A stretch of DNA of 64,000 bases from an uncultured Thermodesulfobacteriota bacterium (lineage in GTDB: Bacteria > Desulfobacterota > DSWW01). Below, piece by piece: positions 42,727 through 52,332 of the stretch. Position numbers and translations under genes: made by a program. Position 1 is the stretch's first letter, and the number at the start of each line of letters is the position of its first letter. A model generated the notes under the pieces. The model was not told where the DNA came from and did not search any database. It worked only from the letters and a program-made list of their open reading frames with translations. Location: assembly GCA_964479535.1 (NCBI GenBank), contig CAYZMM010000003.1:193467-257466 (forward strand), given 5' to 3'.

Positions 42727-42742
42727 TGGCATGCTTGTTGCT
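42727..42742 (+). promoter_or_regulatory. sigma-54 (-24/-12) promoter TGGCAT-N5-TTGC upstream of the LolA-like gene
   Basis: ctGGcatgcttgttGCt with exact 10-nt spacing between GG and GC. It sits ~50 nt before ATG 42791 and overlaps a GCTTTGC-N6-GCAAAGC palindrome (42740..42759). Confidence 0.55.
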
Positions 42743-42790
42743 TTGCAGTAAGGCAAAGCGCATCCAACCAACCACGAAGGAGGAAACCCA

Positions 42791-43609
42791 ATGCGTTTCG
42801 TTGTTGTGCTGTTCCTGATGGTCGCATCCCTGCCCTTCGCGTACCTGCCCGCTTCCGCGGCGGAAGCATCCCCGCCCGACGTCATGACCATCGTACGCGA
42901 AATGGAGAAGGTCTTCGCCCCGGAGCGACCGACCGTGAGGAAGATCGAAATGGCCGTCAGCGGAGAAATCCGTCTGAACACGAGATGGGTGGCGAGGAAG
43001 GCCACCAAGATGTTTCCGAAGGGCATGCGAACGCTCCTGGTTCTCGTCGACCCGCGGGATGTTCGTGGGAACGCCCTGCTCGTCCAGGACAGGAAGGATC
43101 AGGAGGATGCTAGATGGGTCTACGTGCCCACTGTCCGCCGGGTACGGATGATTCTTCCCATCAACGCCTACGAGCCCTTCCTCGACTCGGACTTCACCTA
43201 CGCAGACCTGGGCTTTCTGGACGCTCCGGGCAGCTACAAGCTGCTCGGCGAGGAGGAGCGTGCGGGTGAGAAGGCCTACAAGGTCGACTTCACGCCCGAG
43301 GCCGACTGGTATTACTCCCACATCGTGACCTGGATCTCCAAGGAGAACCATCTTCCTCTGGAGCGGAACTACTTCGACGTCCCCAGGGAGCTGTGGAAGA
43401 AGGAGACCTTTGAGAAGGTGACGATCGTCAACGGGATCCCGACTCCCATGCGAATCCGCATGAAGGACATCCGGAACCTGACTGAGAGCGTGTTCGAAAT
43501 CATAGAGGTGCGTTACGACATCGGGGTTCCGGACGATCTTTTCGATCCCGCCGGTCTGTCCAAGGCCTCCGAATCCCCCTTCTGGGAAACGCTCGAAACG
43601 GCGGACTGA
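42791..43609 (+). CDS. LolA-like outer-membrane lipoprotein-sorting family protein (periplasmic, signal peptide)
   Basis: Signal peptide MRFVVVLFLMVASLPFAYLPASAAEA. ...LLVLVDPRDVRGNALLVQDR...WVYVP... typical of the family that accompanies RND/MMPL exporters. GAAGGAGGA RBS. Confidence 0.65.
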   Translation: MRFVVVLFLMVASLPFAYLPASAAEASPPDVMTIVREMEKVFAPERPTVRKIEMAVSGEIRLNTRWVARKATKMFPKGMRTLLVLVDPRDVRGNALLVQDRKDQEDARWVYVPTVRRVRMILPINAYEPFLDSDFTYADLGFLDAPGSYKLLGEEERAGEKAYKVDFTPEADWYYSHIVTWISKENHLPLERNYFDVPRELWKKETFEKVTIVNGIPTPMRIRMKDIRNLTESVFEIIEVRYDIGVPDDLFDPAGLSKASESPFWETLETAD

Positions 43610-43886
43610 GGCGCCGTCTCTTTGCTGCGGGCAGAGGGGGCGGGCATCCGCCCCCGATCTCCCAAAGCGGGGGTTCCCTCTCCGCGCTTCGCCACAAGTT
43701 GTTCCCCGGCGACCCGGTTCGACAGAGTTCGATGGACTGAACTCGCACCCCTTCCCTGTTGTCCAACCTTTTCCAAGCATTCATAAAGATGAGAGCGTGC
43801 CTGCTTGTGTTACGGGTCCCGGTCCCGAAGCATCCAAGGAATGGGTGGAAAAGCACAACCCGCAGGCAGGTGAATGGGGAACCAAC

Positions 43887-45242
43887 ATGGAAACACGCAA
43901 TATAGAGCCTTCGAGAAGACAGAAGCGACACGGTTCGGTGAGCGTTGCCTCCAGGGAAAAGGCTTCTCGGGGATTTCTGCAAGATAGCGGAAACGGCTCC
44001 TCCGGCGAGTCGACCCCCGGGGATCTGCTCAAACGCTACCTGGGCGACCTTCGGCGTTTCCCGCTCCTCACGGCTGCGCAGGAAGCGGACCTGGCAAAGC
44101 AGATCGAGCAGGGACGGGCGGAAATGGCAAGGATCCTGCTGCGGCATCCGGATATCCTCCGCAACGTTTCTCCTTCGCTCGAGCCGACCGTTCTGGAATG
44201 CCTGGGCGATCAGATGAGAGGAATCGACCGCCCTCGGGATGATGTTCGATGCTCCGACACAGGGGACGGCGGTGAGGCCGAGCCGGGAGAAGAAGAAAAG
44301 GATCAGCAGCTCTGCAGAATGAATGCGATCTTCGTGCAACTGGGCCTCGAGGACGCTCAGCTGCAGGCGTTCGTGCACGAACTCGGTCGACTCTTGGAAG
44401 AATCCGACGCGGAGCGGGGCAGCCGACGCAGGGCCCGCAGGGTTCTGAACGAAAGGATTCAACGAATTCGGGAGGACCGGCAGGAGTTTCTCCGGGCCTA
44501 TGAGCTGCTTCGGGGTGCGAGAGAAACCCTGATCCAGAGCAACCTCCGTCTGGTCGTCCACGTAGCCAAGCGGTACCCGAACCGGGGCCTGTGCTTCGCC
44601 GACCTGGTTCAGGAGGGCAATCTGGGCCTGATGCGAGCGGTGAGCAAGTTCGATTATCGTCGGGGATACAGGTTCAGCACATACGCCACATGGTGGATCC
44701 GAAACGCCGTCAGCCGGGCGATCGAGGACCAGTCTTCTACCGTGCGATTGCCCGCCCACGTGAATGAGAAGATCAGCAAGGCGAGACGCGCTTCGGAAGA
44801 AACCCTCAGAAAACGCGGCATGAGGCAACGAGCAAGGGACCTGGTCGAACAGGTGGACCTTCCACCCGAAGATGCGCAGCGCGCCCTCCAGCTTTCCCGA
44901 AGAAAGGGTGTCGTTTCCCTCCACGCACCACTGGCAGATGGAGAGACGGAGTTCGGCGATTTCTTCGAGGACGAGCGATTCGATTCCGTCGAGGAGGACT
45001 GCGCACGCACCGAACTGGCCATTCTCGTGCGTCAGGCCGTTTCTTCCCTCGAGCCGAGGGAGGCTGAAATCCTTCGGAAGCGATTCGGGATCGGGCTGCC
45101 GAGACGCTACACCCTCCAGCAGATCTCGGAAGAGCACGGGCTTTCCAGGGAGCGCATTCGTCAGATCGAGAGCCGCGCCCTGACCAAGCTTCGCCAGGAG
45201 GGGCAGGTTCTTCAGTTGCATGAAACAGAAGCTGCCGCATAG
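43887..45242 (+). CDS. RNA polymerase sigma-70 family factor (RpoD/RpoS-like, regions 1.2-4 with non-conserved insert)
   Basis: Region 1.2 DLLKRYLGDL..., region 2 ...NLRLVVHVAKRY..DLVQEGNLGLMRAVSKFD..GYRFSTYATWWIRNAV, region 4 ...TLQQISEEHGLSRERIRQIESRAL. Confidence 0.85.
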   Translation: METRNIEPSRRQKRHGSVSVASREKASRGFLQDSGNGSSGESTPGDLLKRYLGDLRRFPLLTAAQEADLAKQIEQGRAEMARILLRHPDILRNVSPSLEPTVLECLGDQMRGIDRPRDDVRCSDTGDGGEAEPGEEEKDQQLCRMNAIFVQLGLEDAQLQAFVHELGRLLEESDAERGSRRRARRVLNERIQRIREDRQEFLRAYELLRGARETLIQSNLRLVVHVAKRYPNRGLCFADLVQEGNLGLMRAVSKFDYRRGYRFSTYATWWIRNAVSRAIEDQSSTVRLPAHVNEKISKARRASEETLRKRGMRQRARDLVEQVDLPPEDAQRALQLSRRKGVVSLHAPLADGETEFGDFFEDERFDSVEEDCARTELAILVRQAVSSLEPREAEILRKRFGIGLPRRYTLQQISEEHGLSRERIRQIESRALTKLRQEGQVLQLHETEAAA

Positions 45243-45280
45243 GAGGCTGTTTTTCAACGGCCTAAGGGCCTGATAGGCGA

Positions 45281-45532
45281 CTATCGACGCCGGGGGCGCA
45301 CACGCGTCCACTTCTCCCGGAGACGTCCTCTTGCCCTCTCCGCCGTCCGGCTGATCCGGGGGAATCGAGCGCGAAAGTGCTCGGCGAGTCTGGCGAACCA
45401 GGGAATGTCCCTGGCCAGAAGAAGTATTCCCAGAACGATGAAAAGCAGCCCCTGGAGCAGAGGAAGGGCGAGGCCCGCCACCCCCAGAACCAGCAGGATG
45501 CTTCCCAGAGCAATTCGCAAGTAGCGCGGCAT
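45281..45532 (-). CDS. small PGPGW-type transmembrane protein
   Basis: 83 aa, two TM helices. GGAGGAG RBS. Convergent with the sigma factor gene. Confidence 0.45.
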   Translation of the reverse strand: MPRYLRIALGSILLVLGVAGLALPLLQGLLFIVLGILLLARDIPWFARLAEHFRARFPRISRTAERARGRLREKWTRVRPRRR

Positions 45533-45666
45533 AGGAGTCTCTTCTCCTCCCGCACAGGATCCCCCGCGCGTCTACCCCGATTTCACCATCTTGACTCCAT
45601 GAATGCAACTTCAAAGGCCGCCGATCCATCCTATTAGTCGAGATGCGATCATACGAGGAGGACGCC

Positions 45667-47601
45667 ATGGCCAAGAACGTCGCCCAGAAGCTGATCGAGA
45701 CACACCTCGCCTCGGGCAGGATGGTGCCGGGAGAGGAGCTCGGCCTTCGAATCGATCAGACCCTGACCCAGGATGCAACGGGAACCATGGTCATGCTCGA
45801 ATTCGAGGCCATGGGCCTGCCCCGCGTGCGGACAGAGCTTTCCGCCCAGTATGTGGATCACAATCTCCTTCAGACCGATTTCAAGAACGCCGACGACCAT
45901 CTGTTCCTCTACAGCGCCTGCAGGAAGTTCGGGCTCTGGTACAGCCGGCCCGGCAACGGGGTCAGTCATCCCGTGCACATGGAACGATTCGGAATGCCCG
46001 GGAAGAGCCTTCTCGGTTCCGACAGCCACACGTGCGGCGCCGGAGCCCTGGGGATGCTCGCCGTCGGTGCGGGAGGCCTGGAAGTGGCCCTCGCCATGGC
46101 GGGGAAACCCTTCTACGTGCGGATGCCCCGCGTCTGGGGAGTGAAGCTGACCGGTTCTCTGCCCGACTGGGTGAGCGCAAAGGATGTCATCCTGGAGATG
46201 CTGCGTCGCCATGCTGTGGACGGAGGGGTAGGCAAGATCATCGAATACTACGGACCCGGGCTCGAGAGCCTCTCCACCATGGACCGGCACGTGATCGCAA
46301 ACATGGGGGCGGAGCTGGGTGCCACCACCACCGTCTTTCCGTCCGACGAGGCCGTGCGTCGCTTCATGAAAACCCAGGGACGGGAGAAGGACTGGGCGGA
46401 AATCCTTCCGGACCGGGGAGCCGGATACGATGAAGAGGACGAAATCAACCTCTCCGACCTGGAGCCCCTGATCGCCTGTCCCAGCAGCCCGGGCAACGTG
46501 GTCCCGGTGCGCGAGGTGGCCGGACGCGAGATCTATCAGGCCACGGTCGGCTCTTCGGCAAACCCGGGGCTTCGCGACTTCGCCGCCGCCGCCCTGATCG
46601 TGGACGGCAAACAGGTGCACCCTCGGGTGTCCTTTGACATCAATCCCACGTCGCGGCAGATCCTGGAAAACCTGGTGTCCATGGGACACCTGGCGAAGCT
46701 CATCCGCGCCGGCGCCCGCGTCCACCAGCCCGGGTGCAACGGCTGCATCGGCATGGGACAGGCCCCCGCGACCGGGAAGATCAGCCTCCGGACGGTTCCC
46801 CGGAACTTCCCCGGCAGGTCGGGCACCAAGGAAGACCAGGTCTACCTCTGCAGCCCGGAAACCGCGGCCGCCTCCGCGCTCACCGGCGAGATCACCGACC
46901 CGAGATCCCTCGACGGCGCCTATCCGCGCTTCGAGGAGCCGGAGAAGATCGACATCAACACGACCATGCTCGTCCCCCCTCCGGAAGACGGCGCGTCGGT
47001 GGAACTGGAAAAGGGCCCCAACATCGAGGCGCTTCCCGCCTTCGATCCGCTTCCCGAAAACCTGGAAGGCCCGGTGCTGATCAAGGTGGGGGACGATATC
47101 TCGACCGATGAGATCATGCCTGCCGGTACGAGGGTCCTGCCCTTTCGGAGCAACATCCCGGCCATCAGCCGGTTCGTCTTCGAGCCGGTGGACTCTTCCT
47201 TCCACGATCGGGCCGTGGAACACGGGAAGAAGGTTTCCTTCGTGGTGGGAGGGGAGAATTACGGGCAGGGGTCCAGTCGCGAGCACGCGGCTCTGGCGCC
47301 CCGGTACCTGGGGGTGCGGGCCGTCATCGTGAAGGGCTTTGCACGCATTCACTTCCAGAATCTGGTGAATTTCGGGATCCTTCCCCTCCAGTTCGCCGAT
47401 CCGGGCGACTTCGACAAGGTGAGCCAGGGGGACGTTCTGGAACTCTCCGGTGTCCGAGACGCCCTGGGTCCGGACGAAACCCTGGAAATCATGAACAAGA
47501 CCCGAGGGGAGAGGTACACACTCAGGCACTCCATGGGACCCCGCCAGATCGAAATCGTCAGGAAGGGGAGCCTCGTCAACGTGGTGAGAGAGGAATCATG
47601 A
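45667..47601 (+). CDS. aconitase-family hydratase (fused large + swivel domains)
   Basis: Aconitase signature ...GSDSHTCGAGALG... and small-subunit/swivel region. GAGGAGGA RBS. Confidence 0.85.
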   Translation: MAKNVAQKLIETHLASGRMVPGEELGLRIDQTLTQDATGTMVMLEFEAMGLPRVRTELSAQYVDHNLLQTDFKNADDHLFLYSACRKFGLWYSRPGNGVSHPVHMERFGMPGKSLLGSDSHTCGAGALGMLAVGAGGLEVALAMAGKPFYVRMPRVWGVKLTGSLPDWVSAKDVILEMLRRHAVDGGVGKIIEYYGPGLESLSTMDRHVIANMGAELGATTTVFPSDEAVRRFMKTQGREKDWAEILPDRGAGYDEEDEINLSDLEPLIACPSSPGNVVPVREVAGREIYQATVGSSANPGLRDFAAAALIVDGKQVHPRVSFDINPTSRQILENLVSMGHLAKLIRAGARVHQPGCNGCIGMGQAPATGKISLRTVPRNFPGRSGTKEDQVYLCSPETAAASALTGEITDPRSLDGAYPRFEEPEKIDINTTMLVPPPEDGASVELEKGPNIEALPAFDPLPENLEGPVLIKVGDDISTDEIMPAGTRVLPFRSNIPAISRFVFEPVDSSFHDRAVEHGKKVSFVVGGENYGQGSSREHAALAPRYLGVRAVIVKGFARIHFQNLVNFGILPLQFADPGDFDKVSQGDVLELSGVRDALGPDETLEIMNKTRGERYTLRHSMGPRQIEIVRKGSLVNVVREES

Positions 47602-49985
47602 AGAGACCGAGGGCGCTACTCGCATCGTTTCTGGTCGTCCTGCTTGCATTTCTCTTCTTGAATGCTGCCGCCCGATCGGGTGTGCCCCGCCCGATCGTTC
47701 TGGCACAGTCCGCGGGCGCAGACGTCGCCCCCTCCCGCGAGGATCCGGGAGAGACCGGAGCGCCGGCGTCCGAGCTGGAAGGGATCATCCTTCTACTCGA
47801 GGACCCGGAGGCTGCCCGGGAGCTTGCGGAAAGCCTTCGCAGGCTGGCGGAAAAGCAGAAGGCGGAGCCGCAGAAAGGGAAGGCACCGCCGGAGCCGAAG
47901 GAGGAAGAGGAACCGGAAGAGGAGATCCCGGAATCCCTCGCCAAGATCCTCGACTCGTACAAGACTCATCAGGACGAAGCGCGCTCCGCCCTGACCCGGC
48001 TGGAGCAGGAGACACGGGGGCTCGCCACCCGGTACGGAAAAGTGAAGGCCTACCTCTCCCGGCAGGAGAACCGGCGAATCCTGGTCGCCTTTTCGCTTCA
48101 GTTCGCCGTCGCCCTTCTCGCCGGCCTCGGAGCGTGGCTGGGACTGCGAAAGCTGACCCAGCACTGGGGCCGGAGGCTCGTCCGTAAAGATCCCCGCGGC
48201 CCGGGCAGACGGCTCGGCCGGGCCCTGCTCACCGCCTCCTTCCGGCTCTACCCCTGGGCAGGCCTCTTCCTGTTCGTGCTCCTCTTCTTTCTCTTCTTTC
48301 CTCACCTGGAGGAGTTCCAAAGCTTCCTGCTCCAGTGCATCCTGGCCCTGGGTCTCTACGCCGCATCGAGGAGCCTCGTGGAGAGCCTGCTCTCCCCGGA
48401 AGACGCCGACTTCAGGATCCTTCCCGTCCGCGACGGGCCGGCGGGCTATGCGTATGTCTGGTCGCGCCGCGTCCTGCTCTTCACGCTATGGATGGCCCTG
48501 ATGATCATCCCGGGAAGGGTGTACGGGTTCACGGCGTGGACCGCTCTCTTCGACGCGGTCCTCAGGACCGGACTCGTCGTCATGCTCGCCGTCGTGATGG
48601 CGCAGCAAAGGGATGTGATCCAGCGCAGAATCGGTCTCCATGTCCGAGAGGAGGATTCGCTCTGGAAAGCGCGCTCGAAGAGGATCGTGGGGTACGTACT
48701 GGGCAAGTTCTTCATCCTTGCCGTGGTCTACATGGGCCTTGTCGTCACCCTCTCCCTCCTCGGGTTTCGGGACGCCTACGACTACATGATCCGCGCCACC
48801 GGAAGGACCCTTCTGATCATTCTGGTCGCGACCGGCCTCGGCCTCCTCTGGAGACTTCTCTTCAGGAAGCTCTTCGATGTGAGCCGGAGCCTTCGGGAGA
48901 AGTACCCGGATCTCGAGACGCAGGTGAACCGGTACGTGAATCTGCTCGAGAACGGCGGCAATCTCCTCATCCTCCTCTTGGCAATCCTAAGCGCGCTGGA
49001 GGCGTGGGGGCTCAAGGTCTACGGGTTTCTGAGCTCCAACAGCACGATGGTCAAGGCCCTCGTTCAGATTCCCCTCGTGATCGCGGGCGCGGTCCTGTTC
49101 ATTCAGATCGGGCGGCTCCTGATCACAGGTTTGGAGAAGGAAGTGGCCCTTCGCATGCTGGCGGCCCGTACGACATCGCCCGGCGAGGCGGAGAAGCGCG
49201 TCGGCACCCTCGGCCGGATCTGCAGGAGTGCTCTCTACTTGCTGACCATCACCGTCGCCGGCATGATGGTTCTCGCAAGGATCGGCCTGGACATCAAGCC
49301 CCTGCTGGCGGGCGCCGGGGTCATCGGTCTGGCGGTGGGCTTCGGTGCCCAGAACCTCGTCAAGGACGTGATCAGCGGGCTTTTCTTCATCATCGAAAAT
49401 CGCATCCGCGTAGGGGATGTCGCGATCCTGAACGGCACGGGCGGTCTCGTGGAGCAGGTGAATCTGCGCACCACGGTCCTCCGGTCACTGGACGGAACGA
49501 TCCACGTGTTTCCCAACGGTTCGATCAGCTCCCTTTCGAACATGACCCACGAGTTCTCCTACTATCTGTTCAACGTGGGCGTGGCCTACAAGGAGGATAC
49601 GGACCGGGTGGCGGCCGTACTCAGGGAGATTGGGGACGAGATGCTCGCGGATGAAGCCTACAAGGAATTCATTCTCGAGCCCTTGGAGATCCTCGGGGTG
49701 GACCAGTTCGCCGACTCGGCGGTCATCATCAAGGCCCGGATCAAGACGGTGCCCATCAAACAGTGGCTGGTGGGCCGCGAGATGAACCGGAGGATCAAGA
49801 AACGCTTCGACGAGGAAGGGATCGAGATCCCCTTCCCTCACCGGACCTTCTACTTCGGGGAGGCGAGCAAATCCATCGCCCTCGCTCTCGAGGGGCAGAA
49901 GGAGGACCGGCAGGCACTCAGGGAACTCTTGCGGGAGCTTCTCGAAGAGGAAGAGACGAAGAGGAGCGGACCCGATGCGGACTAA
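47598..49985 (+). CDS. mechanosensitive channel, MscS/MscK family with large N-terminal periplasmic domain
   Basis: Signal peptide, ~11 TM helices, conserved MscS pore/beta domain (...GVIGLAVGFGAQNLVKDVISGLFFIIE...RVGD...G.VE...LRTTVLR..DG...VPN). ATGA overlap with aconitase. Confidence 0.85.
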   Translation: MKRPRALLASFLVVLLAFLFLNAAARSGVPRPIVLAQSAGADVAPSREDPGETGAPASELEGIILLLEDPEAARELAESLRRLAEKQKAEPQKGKAPPEPKEEEEPEEEIPESLAKILDSYKTHQDEARSALTRLEQETRGLATRYGKVKAYLSRQENRRILVAFSLQFAVALLAGLGAWLGLRKLTQHWGRRLVRKDPRGPGRRLGRALLTASFRLYPWAGLFLFVLLFFLFFPHLEEFQSFLLQCILALGLYAASRSLVESLLSPEDADFRILPVRDGPAGYAYVWSRRVLLFTLWMALMIIPGRVYGFTAWTALFDAVLRTGLVVMLAVVMAQQRDVIQRRIGLHVREEDSLWKARSKRIVGYVLGKFFILAVVYMGLVVTLSLLGFRDAYDYMIRATGRTLLIILVATGLGLLWRLLFRKLFDVSRSLREKYPDLETQVNRYVNLLENGGNLLILLLAILSALEAWGLKVYGFLSSNSTMVKALVQIPLVIAGAVLFIQIGRLLITGLEKEVALRMLAARTTSPGEAEKRVGTLGRICRSALYLLTITVAGMMVLARIGLDIKPLLAGAGVIGLAVGFGAQNLVKDVISGLFFIIENRIRVGDVAILNGTGGLVEQVNLRTTVLRSLDGTIHVFPNGSISSLSNMTHEFSYYLFNVGVAYKEDTDRVAAVLREIGDEMLADEAYKEFILEPLEILGVDQFADSAVIIKARIKTVPIKQWLVGREMNRRIKKRFDEEGIEIPFPHRTFYFGEASKSIALALEGQKEDRQALRELLRELLEEEETKRSGPDAD

Positions 49986-50575
49986 TGATTCAGGTGCTCC
50001 AGCCTCAGCTTTCCCCGGAGCATCCGGTTGGCCCGGTATTGCCGGGACTTCACCGAGGCAATCGTCACACCTGTCCGACGGCTGGTTTCTTTGAGTGTGA
50101 GACCGTCTCTGCGGCGAAGCAACAGCACCTCTCTGTACGCTTCCGGCAAATCCTCCATCGCCTCGGAAACGGAATGCAGCAATTCTTTCTCGTAGACAGA
50201 TGCAAACCCGTCCGTCCCCTCGTAAGGGTACCACGGAAAAGAATCGAATGTCTCCTCGAAAGGCTCGTTCTCCACGAAGGTGAGTCTATCCCGCTTCTTT
50301 CGACGTTCGCACATGAGGTATGCGTTGGTGGCGATCCGGTACAGCCAGGTCGACAGGGAGGATCGGCCCTCGAAACGGTGGATCTTGCGGTAGAGGGTGA
50401 TCATCACCTGCTGCACGATATCCTCCACGTCCTCGTCGTTTCGACACAGACGCCTGACTCGCCGGGTGACCTCCGGCCTGTGTTTCCTGATGAGGGAATC
50501 AAAGGCCCGGGCCTCACCTTCCTTTGCGCGTTCGATGAGAATAGATTCCGATTGGCTGTGCCTCGTTCCGATCAT
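49982..50575 (-). CDS. ECF-subfamily RNA polymerase sigma factor
   Basis: Region 2 (...QVMITLYRKIHRFEGRSSLSTWLYRIATNAY...) and region 4 (...LTLKETSRRTGVTIASVKSRQYRA). ATG 50575. Confidence 0.8.
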   Translation of the reverse strand: MIGTRHSQSESILIERAKEGEARAFDSLIRKHRPEVTRRVRRLCRNDEDVEDIVQQVMITLYRKIHRFEGRSSLSTWLYRIATNAYLMCERRKKRDRLTFVENEPFEETFDSFPWYPYEGTDGFASVYEKELLHSVSEAMEDLPEAYREVLLLRRRDGLTLKETSRRTGVTIASVKSRQYRANRMLRGKLRLEHLNH

Positions 50576-50682
50576 TCCGGTACACCCCTCTCTTCCGATC
50601 CGTAGACGAACTGATATTCGCCCTCCTCGACGAATACGTCCAGGCACCTGTGCACTTCCTGTCCGCACCCGTCCGGTTTCAT
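50572..50682 (-). CDS. small ORF (36 aa) translationally coupled to the ECF sigma gene, possible truncated anti-sigma-like peptide
   Basis: AAGGAG RBS. MKPDGCGQEVHRCLDVFVEEGEYQFVYGSEERGVPE. Its TGA overlaps the sigma ATG. Confidence 0.3.
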   Translation of the reverse strand: MKPDGCGQEVHRCLDVFVEEGEYQFVYGSEERGVPE

Positions 50683-50701
50683 ACGCTCCTTTCCCTTCCT
50701 T

Positions 50702-51295
50702 TCAGGTGTGTTCATCCTCGGACGGCCCCTTGCTGGGGGTACGCTCGAGAATCCTCACGGTGCTTGCCTGGGGCCCCTCCTCGCCCATGATCTCGGAGAA
50801 AGCTACACCGGCCCCCGCCTCCAGCTCGTCGAAGTCGTGATGCAGCACGCTGTTCCGGTGGAAATAGACCTGCCGCCCGTCGACCGTTCTGAGGAAGCCG
50901 CAGTCCTTTTCAGGCAAGAGCCGTTCGATGACTGCAGCGGTCTGCTGTTCCTCGTGGGCCTTCACGTCTCCCCGCTGCTTTTCCGTAATGCCCTGCAACT
51001 GGCGCTGCATCGCCCGAAAGGCCTGTCGAACCACGGAGGCCAGTTCCTCGTGCATCCCCCCTTCACCCGCCTCTCTCTTGGCCACGAGATCGTGTCCCGG
51101 AGGGACCCGCACGTTGACCCGCACGCGATAAGGGCTGCCCGTCCGCTGGTGCTTCTGAGGCCGCTCGATGCTCACCCGGCAGCTGACCATATGCGAGCAG
51201 ATCCTTTGCAGCTTCTCGGATTCCTTCCGGACCAGCGACTCCAAATCCTCCGTCTTTGCCACGTTCGAGCAACTCAACTCCAACGGTACGCGCAT
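50702..51295 (-). CDS. ribosome hibernation/sigma-54 modulation protein (HPF/YfiA N-domain) fused to a C-terminal cold-shock-like domain
   Basis: N-domain ...VPLELSCSNVAKTEDLESLVRKESEKL..RVNVRV.. matches HPF. C-terminal KDCGFLRTVDGRQVYFHRNSVL..FDELEAGAGVAFSEIMGEEGPQASTVRIL aligns with the CspA fold (KGFGFI/VFVHFSAI/GPAAGNV). GGGAGGAG RBS. Confidence 0.65.
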   Translation of the reverse strand: MRVPLELSCSNVAKTEDLESLVRKESEKLQRICSHMVSCRVSIERPQKHQRTGSPYRVRVNVRVPPGHDLVAKREAGEGGMHEELASVVRQAFRAMQRQLQGITEKQRGDVKAHEEQQTAAVIERLLPEKDCGFLRTVDGRQVYFHRNSVLHHDFDELEAGAGVAFSEIMGEEGPQASTVRILERTPSKGPSEDEHT

Positions 51296-51358
51296 TCTCG
51301 GTCTCCTCCCGTCTTTCCGGCATCCTTCCCCGACGTTCACACGCCGCTCTTCCCCGCC

Positions 51359-51793
51359 TCACCCCGCTGCGTCCTTCACGTCGAGCACCTTGACATCGAA
51401 ATGAAGGGTCTCGCCGGCCAGGGGGTGGTTCAGATCCAGCACGACGGTGTCGTCCTTCAGCTCTGCAACGCGTGCGACGAAGACCCCACCCTGCTCGTCC
51501 TGGCCCTCGAGCTGCGCATCCACCCGGCGCGACTCTTTCGGAACGACGCTCTTGTTCACTTCCTGAAAGGCCTCTTCGGACCGCTCGCCGAAGCCTTCCT
51601 CCGGCTCGACGACGAAGGACTTGTCTTCCCCGGCGTTCATCCCCTCCAGTTCACGTTCCACCCCGGGGACAATCTGCAGGGTGCCCTGCACATAGGTGTA
51701 CGGCTCCTTGCCGACATTGCTGGACACCTCGGTGCCGTCGTCGAGTCGGAGCCGGTACTCGATGGAGACCTGCTTGCCCTTTTCGATCATCAT
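51359..51793 (-). CDS. FKBP-type peptidyl-prolyl cis-trans isomerase (SlyD-like)
   Basis: FKBP core with inserted flap domain. Confidence 0.85.
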   Translation of the reverse strand: MMIEKGKQVSIEYRLRLDDGTEVSSNVGKEPYTYVQGTLQIVPGVERELEGMNAGEDKSFVVEPEEGFGERSEEAFQEVNKSVVPKESRRVDAQLEGQDEQGGVFVARVAELKDDTVVLDLNHPLAGETLHFDVKVLDVKDAAG

Positions 51794-52332
51794 AATTCCT
51801 CCCCTTTCCTACACTTGAGCTATTGCTGTTTGAAGGAACAGCCTCCTTTCCAGGGGCAGCAAGAGATGTGCCAGGTCCTCCGCAGCGGGCCTCTCAGAGG
51901 GTCGGCCACGCCTGGGGGGCAGGGAATCGGATCAGGCGGAGACGCAGAGCGAGGGGTTCTGTACCGCATATGCACACACACCACACCCCCACACGCTTTC
52001 TGTACCTTATGAACACACCCCTCCCCCAGGGTTTGAGAAAGGGCAGCCCTCGATTCAAAGACCCGCATGTTCGCAGGCATTTCGGCCGGGCATCCTCCTG
52101 GTTGATCTTCACAGATACGTGCTTCGAAGGGGCTTTCTTGTTCTTGGGTACGGTGATCTAAGGCGGATACAGGATACTCCTCGTCAAAGAGCCGCCCTGA
52201 GAGGGCGACGGGCTCAGAACCGTGTCGGACCGATCTTCGGACCGATCTTGGGTTGTATCGTACGGGATGCACACTGTCCTCCTTTCAGCCCGTTTCGTGC
52301 TGTCGAGAAATCTTCCGTCCTGCGCTCGCTTC

